Counted from the stretch's first letter, positions 50,701-63,639 are shown. The stretch: DNA of 64,000 nt from Mobula hypostoma (GCF_963921235.1 NC_086097.1:195488001-195552000); one strand, 5' to 3'. Notes: a model not told the origin generated them from the letters alone. Numbers and translations: made by a program.

Positions 50701-51180
50701 TTTGAGGATAGAGGGGAAGCCTTTTAGGACTGAGATTAGGAAAAACTTCTTCACACAGAGAGTGGTGAATCTGTGGAATTCTCTGCCACAGGAAACAGTT
50801 GAGGCCAGTTCATTGGCTATATTTAAGAGGGAGTTAGATATGGCCCTTGTGGCTACGGGGGTCAGGGGGTATGGAGGGAAGGCTGGGGCGGGGTTCTGAG
50901 TTGGAGGATCAGCCATGATCATAATAAATGGCGGTGCAGGCTCGAAGGGCCGAATGGCCTACTCCTGCACCTATTTTCTATGTTTCTATGTTAACTGGAT
51001 CAGCAAATTTGCAGATGACAGCAAGATTGGGCATGTAGTGGACAGCGAGGAAGCCTATCAAAACATGCAGTGGGATCTAGACCAGCTGAAAAAATGGGCT
51101 GAAAAATGGCAGATGGAATTTAATGCAGACAAATGTGAGGTGTTGCACTTTGGGCAGACCAACTAGTGTAGGTCTTACAC
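47790..51180 (+). mobile_element. Older CR1-group LINE split by CR1 copy B
   Basis: The RT sequence ..VIYNNNLHNNVL before 48560 resumes as NWISKFADD after 50990. Confidence 0.8.
48560..50990 (+). mobile_element. Young CR1 LINE, copy B: 5'-truncated ORF2 with RT, frameshifted
   Basis: ORF 48654-50126 ([27 protein letters not shown]) and ORF 50123-50899; (TTTCTATG)n tail; TTAA at both junctions. Confidence 0.95.
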
Positions 51181-51499
51181 ACTTATTAACAAAGTTAACA
51201 CTTCCAATGTGCATCTTTTCATTTTTTTGCTTCTTCCCGTGTCATGGAGGTAAGACTGATAGCACAGAAACAATCCCTTCTGCCTACATTTTCCAGGCTG
51301 ACCATCATATTGTGACTGGAAGGCAGTGAAATTCCATAGGACTCATACTCAGTGGCTTGCTCTTTGTGATACATTTTGACCTAATAATAGGGAAGACAGT
51401 AAAAAAAATGCAAATGATAAAAAAGAACATTATTTTAATTCTAGTGAGACGAGCAAAAAATTGCCAAGTGGAATTCAATCCAGAGAAGAGAGGAGATTC

Positions 51500-51990
51500 A
51501 TAGGTCAAAGTACATGTAATATCAATGTACATATATTTCACCATATACAACCCTGAAATTTGTTTTTTTGTGGACGTGCTCAGTAAATTCATAACAGAAT
51601 AACAACCATAATAAAATCAATGAAAGATTGCATCAGCTAGGTATTCAATCATTGTGCAAAAGACAACAAATTGTGCAAGTACAAAAGAAAAAAATAGTGA
51701 TAATAAATAAGTAAGCAATAAATATTGAGAACACGAAATGAATCTTTATGAAGAATCTTTGAAAGTAGTCCATTGGTTGCGGGAACACTTCAATGATGGG
51801 GCAAGTGAGGTTGAGTGAAGTTATCCCCTTTAGTTCAAGAGCCTGATGGTTGAGGGGTACTAACTATTCTTGAATCTGGCAATGTGGGTCCTGTGGCTCC
51901 TGTACCTTCTTCCTGAAGGCAGCAGTGAGAAGAGAGCATGGCCTGGGAGGTTGTGGTCCTGATGATGGATGCTGCTTTGCTGCGACAATG
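51500..51990 (-). mobile_element. Rex1/Babar-like 3' fragment
   Basis: Antisense homologue of the 33040-33385 family (GTTCAAGAGCCTGATGGTTGAGGGG). Confidence 0.6.
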
Positions 51991-52674
51991 GTGGAACAAG
52001 GTAGAAGAATAAGCATCAAATGAGAGGATATTGAATGCTGTGGAGGAACAAGGAAGCCATTGAGTGTATGCCTACAAGTCTTAAAAGGACCAGCAGGTGT
52101 CAATAATGTGATTTAAAAGGCTAACAGCATGCTTTCCATTATTAGTGGAGGGATAAAATATAAACACAGGCAGATAATGCTAGAACATTTTGATTACTGG
52201 TTGCCAGACACGATTGCCTAAGGTAGGGTGCAGTAGAGATCTATGAGGCTCTGCCAGTACCGAACGTTTCAGCTTTGAAGGGATGAATAAACTGGAGTTG
52301 TTTTATTTGAAATGGAGGAACCTAAGAGACTTAATTAAGATCCATAAAGTTACAAGAGCCGTTAAACTAAAAGGCATTTTTTCCCTTAGCAAAACCCAGG
52401 ATGCAGATAATTGATTAGAGGAGAGATACGGAATCCTTTATCAGCTGGAGACTGCTTTGGAACTGGAAAACACAGCTAGAAAGAGCAAAAATCCTCAGAA
52501 TGAAAAGTACTCAGATGTGTAGGGCTATGGACCGGGCTTTGTTGCTTATAGGGAACAATACCTGTGCGGGAATCATAGAATAATAAAAAAATTTACAACA
52601 CACAAGAAGGTCATTCTATCACCTGTACTTATATCAGATATAAAAGAGTGACAAAACTAACACCAGTTTTCAAT

Positions 52675-53697
52675 GCAGCACACACCAAATGCTGAAGGAA
52701 CTCAGCAGGTCAGGCAGTATCAATGGAAATGAATAAACAGTCAACATTTTGGACTGAGACTCTTCTTCAAGACTGAGAAGGAAGGGGGAAGATGCCAGAA
52801 TAAAAAGTGGGAGAGGGGGAAGAGGCTAGCTGGAAGGTAATAGGCGAAGCCAGTTGGGTGAGAAAGGTTAAGGGCTGGAGAAGAGTTGATAGGTGAGGAG
52901 AGTGGACCATAGGAGAAAGGGAAGAAGGAGGGGACCCAGGGGGAAGTGAGAAGAGGTGAAAGATCAGAGTAGGGAACAGAGAAGTTTTTTTTTTACTGAA
53001 AGGAGAAATCGATATTCATGAAATCAGGTTGGAGTGGCCTCTTCTTGGCACAAGAGGAGATCATGGACTGACAGGTCAGAACAGGAATGGGAATCAGAAT
53101 TAAAATGTTTGGCCTCTGGGAAGTTCACTTGTGGTGGAAGCAGCATAGATGCATGGGGAAGTCGTCCCCCAATTCATGACAGGTGTCACAGATGTAGAGG
53201 AGGCCATAGGGGGAGTAGCAGACACAGTAGACCACCCCAGTAGATTCATAGGTGAAGTATTTACTCATCTGCAAGGATTGCTTGGGGCTATTTTCAAAAC
53301 ACATGAGAAATTCAGCAGATACTGGAAATCCAAAACAACATACACAAATGCTGGATGAACCCAACAGTTCAGGCAGCATCTATGGAAATAAATAAACAGT
53401 CGGTCCGAAACCCTTCTTCAGGACTGAAAAGTAAGGGGAAAACGCCATGGTACAAAGGTGGGAGGAGGGAAAGGCATCTACCTAGAAGGTAATAGGTGAA
53501 GCTAGGTGTGTAGGAAAGGTAAATAGCTGTAGAAGAAGGAACCTGTTAGGAGAGGAGAGTGGATCATTGGAGAAGGGGAAGGAGGAGGGGAGCCAGGGGG
53601 AAGTGATAGGCATGTGAGAAAGATAAAAGGCCAGAGTGAGGAATAGAAGATGAGGAAAGGGGCAGGGATTTTTTTTACCAGAAGGAGAAATTAGTAT
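52675..53697 (-). mobile_element. Penelope-like element: repeat, GIY-YIG fragment, repeat
   Basis: ORF 53125-53379 contains GVVYCVCYSPYGLLYICDT..LGDDFPMHL. It is flanked by direct repeats at about 52675-53015 and 53335-53697. Confidence 0.75.
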
Positions 53698-54069
53698 TAC
53701 CTATTACTAAGATAATCAAGGGCCTCAACTCTGTATAAGGCAGTTGGTAAGACTGCCTCTGCAAACTTAAACTAATTTGTTCTTGACCATGAAATCCAAG
53801 CAAATACACCTCAGTTCTTGATCATGTTTGCATTGCTGTTTGGATTTGAAAGATTTCCCTCATAAATTAGATCCTGTGATGCCACTTTAAACACCACAAA
53901 GACAGGTACTGAGGTTGTCACTATAACAATTGCATACTAATCTTAGTCTCTAGTTGGCTCTAATTAAATATTTGTCGCTGCATCACTTTACAATTCAATT
54001 CATTCTTCGGTCAAAAAGGTATATTTCCCTTCACCTTTTGTCAGAAGCGCAACAGAGAAAGAGAATGGC

Positions 54070-54315
54070 TGTGTACATACATCTATTGATGCTTCTGGAC
54101 ACATCTTCAGTGATGTTCCTGGAATCATCGGGTGTTTCGGGTCTTTCAACATCATACAACCTCCTCCAGGTGACCCAGCCGGGGCTGAACAGACCCCAGC
54201 TTGTGTCCAGGTGACTAGCTACTTATGACTCCATGGCTCCCCTCTTTTAAGCCACAGCCATCTTGAGGCCCTCTCTGCCGCATCGGTGGTACTGTGGATG
54301 GCTCTCCTCTTCCTC
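54070..54315 (-). mobile_element. Short 3' copy of the HERO-like element
   Basis: Near-identical to 9231-9476 with the same 3' terminus; flanks ATGGC and ATGGT. Confidence 0.9.
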
Positions 54316-54359
54316 ATGGTAGAATACTCTCGATTAAACTCCATCCAATGTAGTGTATG

Positions 54360-55065
54360 TACAATGGATGCCGGCTAATTGGTCCATTGGTTAATCAGGA
54401 CAGCTGTTTATTTGGGACAGCTGTTTATGAACAAAAATTAATCAAGAAAATAGCCAGGAATCCCTTCATTCATTTGGAGCACTACACCACTTAATTGGGA
54501 GAGGAGACTGTTGACAAACAGTTTCTAACAAGTAAACAACAGGAATTCTGCAGATGCTGGAAATTCAAGCAACACACATCAAAGTTGCTGGTGAACGCAG
54601 CAGGCCAGGCAGCATCTCTAGGAAGAGGTTTCTACCAAGTGTCAGTTATGTGTACTTGTGTGGCTATTAGACACTACAGCATGCTTGGAGCAAACAGTTT
54701 TTAAATAGCATCATATATGTATGTTTGTGATCAAAAAGCAGTGATTTTTGTCACTGGTAGTTGACGAGAAATAGGCAGTAAGACAATTCAGAACTGTTTT
54801 GCTCATTGCGGTTTCAAGCACTCGGGCTTGGAGATGCTAGAAACGGCCAGGAGTGAAAATGAAATGATTTCACCACTTCAACAAGTTAGGAACAATGAAG
54901 AATTTGAAGGTATAGACAATCAGTTTGACTATTACAATGAAAATATAGACTTGGAAGATGCAATCAACAAAAGCATTGTATGAAAGCAGTTTATTATCTG
55001 CAATAGGTGCCTCTGCTGATTTTGTTCATTACAGTCAATCAAAAGAACATGGCAGTGTACACTAA
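54360..55065 (+). mobile_element. Tigger/pogo-derived non-autonomous DNA transposon fragment
   Basis: AAGACAATTCAGAACTGTTTTGCTCATTGCGGTTTC translates as KTIQNCFAHCGF, resembling the post-DDE motif of Tigger/TIGD transposases. No right TIR found. Confidence 0.55.
54534..54627 (-). mobile_element. 94-bp Penelope-like terminal fragment with 13-bp TSD
   Basis: TCTGCAGATGCTGGAAAT..GCAGGCCAGGCAGCATC, flanked by GTTTCTAACAAGT and GTTTCTACCAAGT. Confidence 0.7.
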
Positions 55066-55279
55066 TTATTAGAAAGTAATACACAGCTTTAATGTGATAA
55101 GGGTTAGGACTAACGTGCTGTACTATCTGAGGCAAGGATCGAGACACAGTATAATATTGGAACAAGAAATGGGGATAAACAAAACGCTAGACTGTATCTC
55201 TAGTTGAGCTAATGATTGAGCACTGAACCTCTGTTCAGGTACTCCTTAAATACTGAATTCTAAGTGCCAAAATATGATG

Positions 55280-57850
55280 CCAATTAGCAGGACTCGTTAG
55301 GTAGGGGAATAGAAAGGCGGTTCTGTGAATGAGAACGAGATTCCCGGATGGTATGTTCCTTCCCGGGTGGCAGCGACCGGGTAATCTCAGATCGAGTCCT
55401 CAGCATTGTTAAGTGGAAGAGTGAACTGCCAGATGTAGTTGTCCATGTAGGTAACAATGACATGGGTAGGAAGAATGACAAATGTTCTGCAAAGTGAGTT
55501 CAGGGAGTTAGGTGCTAAGTTAAAGTACAGAACCTCCAGGGTTATGATCTCAAGATTACTACCCATGCACATGTTAGTGAGGCCAGAAATAGGAAGATTA
55601 TAGAGTTTAACATGCAGCTAAGGAGCTGGTGTAAGAGAGAGAGCTTCAGATGTTTAGGTGATGGGGTTCTTTTCAAGGGAATGTAGGACCTGTACAGAAA
55701 GGACGGTTTGCACCTGAACTGGAAGGGGACTAATATCCATCGGGAAGCTTTACAAGTGGTGCATGGGGTGTGGGGGGGGGGGTTAAACTAAAGTTGCAGG
55801 GGGGTGGGAACCAGAGTGCCAGAACAAATAGGGGAGAGGTAGCGATCACAAAGCCACAAGTTTCAAAATAAATATGGAAAAAGATAGATCTGGTTGGGAT
55901 GAGATTCTAAATTGAAGGAAGGCCAATTTTGATGGTATCAGAAAGGATATGGCAAGTGTGGATTGGGACAGACTGTTTTTTGGCAGAAGTGTACATGATA
56001 AGTGGGAGGCCTTCAAAAGAGAAATTTTGAGAGCACAAAGCTTGTATGTGCCAGATATATAAAGTGCAAAAGGATAGCAAGGGACAAAATTGGTCCTCTG
56101 GAAGATCAGAATGGTAATCTATGCATGGAGCCAAAAGAGAGGGGGGAGATCCTAAGTGGATTATTTCCTTCTGGATTTACTCAGGTGAAGCACACCGAGT
56201 CTATAGAAGTGAGGCAAAACAGCAGGGAGGGCATGGACCCTATAGAGATTACAGAGAAGGCAGTGTTTGCTGTCCTGAGGAAAATTAGGGTGGATAAATC
56301 CCTAGGACCTGACAAGGTATTCCCTCAGACTCTGTGGGAGGCAAGTGCAGAAACTGCAGGGGCCCTAGCAGAGATATTTACATCATCCTTTGTGACAGGT
56401 GAGGTGACGGAGGATTGGAGGATAACTAATATTGTTCGGTTATTTAAAAAAGCCACTGAAAATAAACCAGGAAATTATAGGCTAGTGAGCCTGATATCAG
56501 TTATGGGAAGGTTATTGGAAGGTATTCTGAGGGGCTGGATTTATGAGTATTTGAATAGACATGGACTGATCAGGGATAGTCCGCATGGCTTTGTGAATGG
56601 CAGGTCATATCTAACCAACCTTGTAGAGTTTTTTGAGGAAGTTAACAGGAAAGTTGATGAAGGCAAGGCAGTGGATATTGTCTACATGGACTTCAGCAAA
56701 GCATTTGACAAGGTTCCACATGGGAGGCTGGTCAAGAAGATTCAGTCACTCAGCATTTAAGATGAGGTAGTAAATTTGATTAGACATTGGCTTTGTGGGA
56801 GAAGCCAGAGAGTGGTTACCTCTCTGACAGGGTACCTGTGACCAGAGAAGTGCCGTAGGAATCAGTGCTAGGTCCATTGTTGTTTGTCATCTACATCAAC
56901 AATTAGGTTGATAACGCAGTTAACTGAATCAGCAAATTTGCAGATGACACAAAGATTGGGGGTGTAGTAGACAATGAGGAAGACTATTATGGCTTGTAGT
57001 GGGACCTGGACCAGCTGGGAAAATGGGCTGAAAAATGTCAGATGGAATTTAATGTAGACAAATGTGTGGTGCTGCACTTCGGTAGGATGAACCAAGTTAG
57101 GTCTTATACAGTGGGTCCTGACGAGTACAGTAGGACAAAGGTTCTGGGAATCCAGGTCCATAATTCATTGTTAGTGGTGGCACAGGTAGATAGGGCATAA
57201 AGAAAGCTTTTGGTATCTTAGCCTTCACAGATCAATGTATTGAGTACAGGAGATCAGATGTTATTTTGAATGTGTATAAGACATTGGTGAGGCCTAGTTT
57301 GGAGTAATGGGTGCAGTTTTGGTCACCTACCCACAGGAAAGTTGTAAGCAAGGTTGACAAAGTATGCAGTAAATTTAAAAGAATGTTAAATTTAAAAGGA
57401 CTGGAAGACCTGAGTTATATGGAAAGATCAAATAGGTTGTGACTTTATTCCATGGAACATGGAAGAGTGAGGAGAGATTTGATAAAGGTATACAAAATTA
57501 TGAGGGGTATAGATAGGGTAAACACAAAAAGGTTTTTTCCACTGAAGTTAGGTGAAATTACAACTAGGGGTCAAGGGTTAAGGGTGAATGTTGAAAAGTT
57601 TAAGGGAACATTAGGGGAAACTTTTTTTACCCAGAGAGTTTTGAGAGTGTGGAAGGAGCTGCAAGCACAAGTGGTGCATGCCAGCTTGTCTTCAGCATTT
57701 AAGAGAAGTTTGGATATGTGCCTGAATGGTAGGGGTATCGAGGATTATGGTCTGGGTGCAAGTCAATGGGAATAGGTTGTTTTCATGATTCAACATGGAC
57801 TAGATGGGCTGAAGGCCTCATTTTGGAGCTGTATCTTTCTATGACTCTCT
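55280..57850 (+). mobile_element. CR1 LINE remnant with ORF1 esterase (SGNH-like) region and ORF2 RT
   Basis: ORF1 remnants DVVVHVGNND and DGLHLNWKG; ORF 56002-56760 with [13 protein letters not shown]; 3' tail TATGACTC. Confidence 0.85.
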
Positions 57851-57919
57851 GGCTCCAAAGTAAATCATAGATCTGTATATGGTGAAATACATGTATTTTG
57901 ATAATAAATTTACTTTGAA

Positions 57920-59290
57920 CAATTTCACACTCAGTGTTAGCAAGGCTAAGGAAGTAATTGTGGATTTCAGGAAAGGGAAGGCAAGAGAGCACACACCAGT
58001 CCTCATGTAGTGGTCAGTGATAAAAGGAGTGAGCAGCTTCAATTTGCTGCATGTCAACTTCTCAGAAATCTAGCACATTGAGATCTCTCAATCATGAAGA
58101 AAACACGGCAACGGTTCTAATTCATTAGGAGTTAGAGGAGATTCAATACGTCACCACAAATTTGTGGAGGAGAACATTCTAAAGATAAAGATTGAAGATT
58201 AGCTTTATTTGTCACATGTACATTGAAACATAAAGTGAAATGTGTCATTCATGTCAATGTTTGCAGTGTGTTGGGGACAATCTGCAAGTGTTGCCACACT
58301 TTTAACCACATTATTCAGTGAGTTGTTTGCTATGTCTCTCCTCTCGCTGTGAAATGGGGACATCACTTTTTCCCTTATTATGGACAGAGAGAGAGCCTGG
58401 TATGTCGAGTTACAAGGTGAACCAGTAGTCTTTGGGGTACTGCAAGTCTGTGTCTTTATTGATGCTTTGCTGCACAGTTGAGTGCTTGGTCAGGGGTACC
58501 AATGCTTTTTGTTGGTTCAGGAGAAGGTGGCCATTGCTTTACTGCTGTTTGTGCATGTGAAAGGGGAGTTGGGGGGCTTCGGGGTTTTAACATTTTACTG
58601 TCATTCATTCTTCGGGGCACTCCTCTGTTTTTGTGGATGTTTGCGAAGAAAAAGAACTTCAGGATATATATTGTAAATATTTCTTTGACATTAAATGCAC
58701 CTATTGAATTCCTGGCGCCAACATATTATGCCCATAACTCACTAACCATCTATCATGCCAGAGGAAATCAGAGGGTTGGAAGGAAACACAGATGGTCACA
58801 GGGAAAATGTATAAACTCCTTATGGACAGCAATGGGAATTGAATCACCATCGGTGACCACTGGTGCTATAAAGAGATTCTGCTATCTGCTAGGCTGCAGT
58901 CTGACCAGTTGCATCGCAGCTTACTATAAAGGCTCCCATGCACAGCATCTCACATGTTGTAGAGTCAGCCGGCTCCATTGCGAGCCCAACCCTCCCCATT
59001 ATCTTCAAGAGGCAGTGCCTCAAGAAGGTGATGTGCATCACTAAGATCCTTTTCCATCTGTGACACGCACTCTTCTTGTTACTAGCATCAGGAACTTGGA
59101 CTCAATGATTCATACTCCATTTCTTCCTCTTTGATATCAGATTTATGACAGATCCATGAACTTATACGCACCACCTTGTTATTCCTCTTTTTTGCACAAT
59201 TTATAATTAACAGCAATTTGATAACCTTGCACTGTACTGCTGCCGTAAAACAACAAACTTAAATGATAATAAACCTGGCTGTGATTCTGG
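57920..59290 (+). mobile_element. Rex1/Babar-like fragment containing a minus-strand V-SINE-like SINE (about 58183-58890), itself interrupted at about 58303-58708
   Basis: Rex1-like sequence stops at GAGAACATTCT and resumes at CAGTCTGACCAGTTGCATC. The SINE halves GCAAGTGTTGCCACAC and GGCGCCAACAT match the antisense of 11385-11420. Confidence 0.55.
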
Positions 59291-60229
59291 CCTATCTACA
59301 GCATTGTCAAATACTTAGATATCATCCTGGGTAAACTGCTTGTAGAATCGCCCCAAGTACTCAGGTGAATCTCTTACTACTATTTTAGTATCTTGCACAA
59401 AGGTTTTTTTGTTTTGTCTTATGATACCAAAATTTTTACATCGGAATTAACATGGCAATTAAATTTTAGACAGTAAATCATTATTTAACACTGAGCATGA
59501 ATGAAGTTTTTCTCATGTACGTATTGTGCAGCATTGATACTGATAGACTACTGCACTTTGATTTGCTCTGGTTGCTGTACTGAGTCTACACTGCATGTGG
59601 CAAAATAATCAGAAAGGCACCAAGAATATAAAATTCTACTGAGCATCAGTATTTCTACAGTACTTCCATAATTACCATATCTGTATTCTAATGCATATGA
59701 ATTGGACATCCCACCATATACCTTCTTCCCCAACACCATCAAATTTCTGAATGCTCCATGAATCCATGAAAACTACCTCATTCATCCAGTTTCACACTAT
59801 CTAATTTTTTCTTGTGAGATTAGGTAAATTTTTATGTCTTGCACTGCACCTCTGCCACAGAACAACTTTCATGACCTCTGTCGGTGATAATAAACCTGAT
59901 TCTACATTTAGATTTATAATAAAAAATCACATTGGCATGTCTGTATTCCTGCGCTATTCATGATAAAGTTCAGAGCATGTCCTAGGGACACAGAGCACAA
60001 ACCCTTTGACCCAAATAGTCCACGCCAACCTGTTGGTGTCAAGCACAGCAAGAATCTAAAGACAAACACAGGTGAACCAATGTCATTCTAAAGAGTTTTT
60101 ATTTCTTCATGTTATCTCTTAAGCCTACAAACGTAAAGAAAATACTATAGCAGATGGGTGCTGTCAGTCTGACACCCCGTTACCACATTAGATAATAAAA
60201 GGTAAGTAACCTTCACGCTACAGAAATGT

Positions 60230-60880
60230 CAAGCAATGGCCAAGATGGAAGAGTCTTACACTGATATTCCATGTCGTTATTTTATCCTGTACCTCACTTA
60301 GAAGGTCACTAGAATACCAACTGTATGAGGTCAGTTGCTACATGGCCTGTGATGGATAATTCTCCTCCTAACTCTCATCAACAGGGTACAAACCAGGTGC
60401 AAGATGGAGGGCTGTCCATCTGCCTCTATAAATCAGCTCCACAACATCAAGAACTTCAAATTCCGTGCAAAATAGCGAATTTGACTGGCACAAATCAAAT
60501 TATGCAGTTCCTGCATTCATTACAAACTCGGAGCATGTGCAAGTACAGACCATTTACAAAATTCACTACAGTTACTCACCAAGGCTGTTTCAGTAGCACC
60601 TCTCAAGCCTGCAACTCCACCATCAGGGGGATAATGGCAGAAGGTACATTTGAATAAAACCATATGCTGGTCTCCCTCAAGTCAGACGTTGTCCTGACCT
60701 GGAAATATAATGCAACTTCTTTATTGTCACTGGACTAAATCCTCAAATATCCTTAGTCAACAACATATCTTCATTGGAGGCACTGTGTCAGTTCAAGAAG
60801 GTAATTCATCGACATGGGTAATTAAGGATGGATAAGAAATCTTGGCCTTGCTAGTGACATTCATATCCTGAAAATAAGAA
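60230..60880 (+). mobile_element. Old CR1/L2-group LINE 3' fragment
   Basis: Shares 3' motifs with 7590-7880 (TTATTGTCACTGG..AAATCCT, GTTCAAGAAGG). Confidence 0.5.
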
Positions 60881-63159
60881 ATTTAGTCTAGTCTTACTTG
60901 AATTTTCCTGAACACGCCACCTCCACTGCCCTTTGAGTAAATGTTTCAGTCTTTTATGTAAGTATTTCTCCACCCCTACTACACACAGACTGCTGAAAAT
61001 TTTCAGAAAGCAGTGATGCAGTTTACTGAGCAAAAAAAACTCTTCATAAATCCTTACTTTCCTCATCTATTTACTTTTCATTCTGTGCCATCATTCTCTT
61101 TCAATTTTCTTCCTTCAATCATTTCTTTTTCCTATAACCTGATTTTATTCACCTTCATCATTTCTCATTTATCCTTTACCAAGCTCAACCACTGTTGAGG
61201 ATAGGGAAGTTGAGGTCTTCTGCTCCTCTTTATTGTTAACTATCATGCTCAACGACGTGGTTAAGTTGCCTAGATTTCATCAAATCCATGAATAAATATG
61301 CATAAAGAAGGTGAAATATTTAGTTTTAAAAAAGCTCAGTAACAAAATATGTCAATTTTCTTTAAATTAAAATATGGCAATGAGATGATTACAATGAAGG
61401 TCAATTTTTTTTCCAGCTAGAAGTGATGATAAAGCACTGAAAGCAGGTGAAGCAACATGTTATCAACAGCCATGCAAAGAATGCAGGTAACACTGTAGCC
61501 AAGCATTACTGGAACCAATTGGGATGAATCAGTACAACTGATGGTGGACCGAGAAACCGATCCTTGAAAAGCCAGCAGGAGCAAAAACAAAATACTCAGA
61601 TGTTGGAAAAATGAAACACAAACCAAACAAAAGGTTGAGCAGTTATGTAAACAAGAAAGAGAGTTTAGGAACTAGAGAGAGATATGGTCAACTGAACAGA
61701 CTATTGGAAGAACTCGGGTTGAGATCCTTCATCTGAACTCAGAATCACACTGGGTTCTGCCAGCAGTTTGATTTTGCATCTGGCATCTCTTGTATGTTCA
61801 TAGTCAACTAAACTTTTGCCTCAGTTTTGCCCCTGCATGATCCCCGTGAGTGACCTAACATTTTGCAGCCTCACAGCTGAGTGGAAGTCCTCAACTTGTG
61901 GACATTCTGCTAAAGGGAGCACACTGTCAATGGTGACTTGGTCTCTAATAGTGATTCACAAGGCCTTGTTTGGACCCAAAAACAGTTAAAATGTGTTGAG
62001 TAAAATTATACTTAATCTACATAAATGAATTAGAAATATTAATATTAAATGAAATAACGTAAAAACTGAATCACCTACCTTCCATTGCCATCCAATTTGG
62101 TGACTTCATTCAGGTTAATGGTTTGCTCTGCATTTACTAGTAAAATACAAAGTATGCCTGGCCCCTCAGCTAAACACGAAAACATAAAAAAATCCTGCAG
62201 AGCTGGAAATCTCAAATCAAAATACTCAGCAGCTCAGGCCACACCCGTGCGAAGAGAGGCAGAGCTAATGTTTGACACATTTCCATCCCTGGGCCTGGCA
62301 CTGAATCCAACGGAAGTGCAGGATGTTCGATCTGCTGAGCTCTGACATGCAGAAGCATAAGATCCAGTGAGTATCAGCACAGAGAAAAGAAGTTCAAGGC
62401 AAATCTGACCAGACCTCCTGAGACTTTTCAGGCTCTTTAAGCACTTTAGATTTCCAACATCCACTATTATGCTGGATCTTCCAAATAGTCCCCAGGTTCA
62501 TTCGTCTGATCCCATGGGAGCATATTGTTTCTTCCAACATGCTTCTGGATACAATTCACTGAAAGATGGCATGTCTCCAGATAGTTGGCAAGACCCTTTC
62601 TGGTGGCTGTCTTTTCCAGCACTGTGGCTAGCCAGCCCATGAATATATTCAGACTCCTCTGTCTCCAAGCTTGAGATGCAAAGTCAGGAGTCCAAAACTG
62701 ATGTAAGAAAACAAATAAAGTAATCATTCCAAGACCTCTATCATGCATATTCAAAGGGGTCAGAAAATACAAAGGTATCATTAACTGATTATCACAACTA
62801 TATAGTGAGAGCATTCTCGATAACATTTCTTAATAGGTGTACATTTGTTGTCCTTCGTCCACACCATGTTACAATGTTGTAAGCTCATATTAGTTCACAC
62901 CTTTAGTGCTTAATTTAGCAAGGTTAACCCTTCCCTGAAATGAACATCCTACACAAATCTCTGTATTAGTAGTGAGTTGTCAAATCAATGTGACCAGTTC
63001 TAAAAAATATGAAGAGTTATTCAGTATATTTATATCAGTGTCAAGATGCTAATTCAATCTGGCTCAGTTTCAGGCAGCTCCTTTTTAGTCATCTCCCAAG
63101 ATTGCTCTCATTCATTTGGAGATAAGCTCCTGAAAACAAGTTGCCTTTTTAGTTTATTT

Positions 63160-63375
63160 TTATTTATTTTTTAGTGATACAGCACAGTAACAGAACCTTC
63201 CAGTCCAATTAACTTACTAACCCATACATCTTTGGAAAGTGGGAGGAAACCAGAACACCCAGAGGAAACTCACATGGTCACAGCGAGAAGGTATGGACTC
63301 CTCACAGACTGTGGGGGAGCTGAACCCAGGTTATTGGTGCCGTAGTAGCGTTACGTTAAGGGCTATGCTACCATC
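63160..63375 (-). mobile_element. V-SINE-like SINE
   Basis: GTGGGAGGAAACCAGAACACCCAGAGGAAACTCACATGGTCAC is the antisense V-domain core. Confidence 0.7.
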
Positions 63376-63639
63376 CAAGTAGGCCAGCTGCAATTCAATA
63401 AGCCCAGAGCCACCTGAGCTACTGACATTCACTGACATTCAGCAGCCCTTGCATGCCAATTAATTTTGCCCCTGCTCAAGTCACTATTGATGGGGCCGTT
63501 CAGAGGTATATTGCTTGGGAAAGCCCATAGGCACTCCATGCTCTCTGGAGCTGACACCGGACCCTTAGAAGTTAGGTTGAACTTGAAATCACGACTCAGA
63601 GGATAGATTCAGGCCCCAAAAACAAAGACAATTATCAGG

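Noticed and set aside
43010..50990. Segmental duplication or assembly duplication
   Set aside because: Homology stops at the CR1 boundaries, and the flanks and 5' truncation points differ.
58478..59044. 188-aa ORF
   Set aside because: It crosses three unrelated repeat fragments, so it is a chance fusion.
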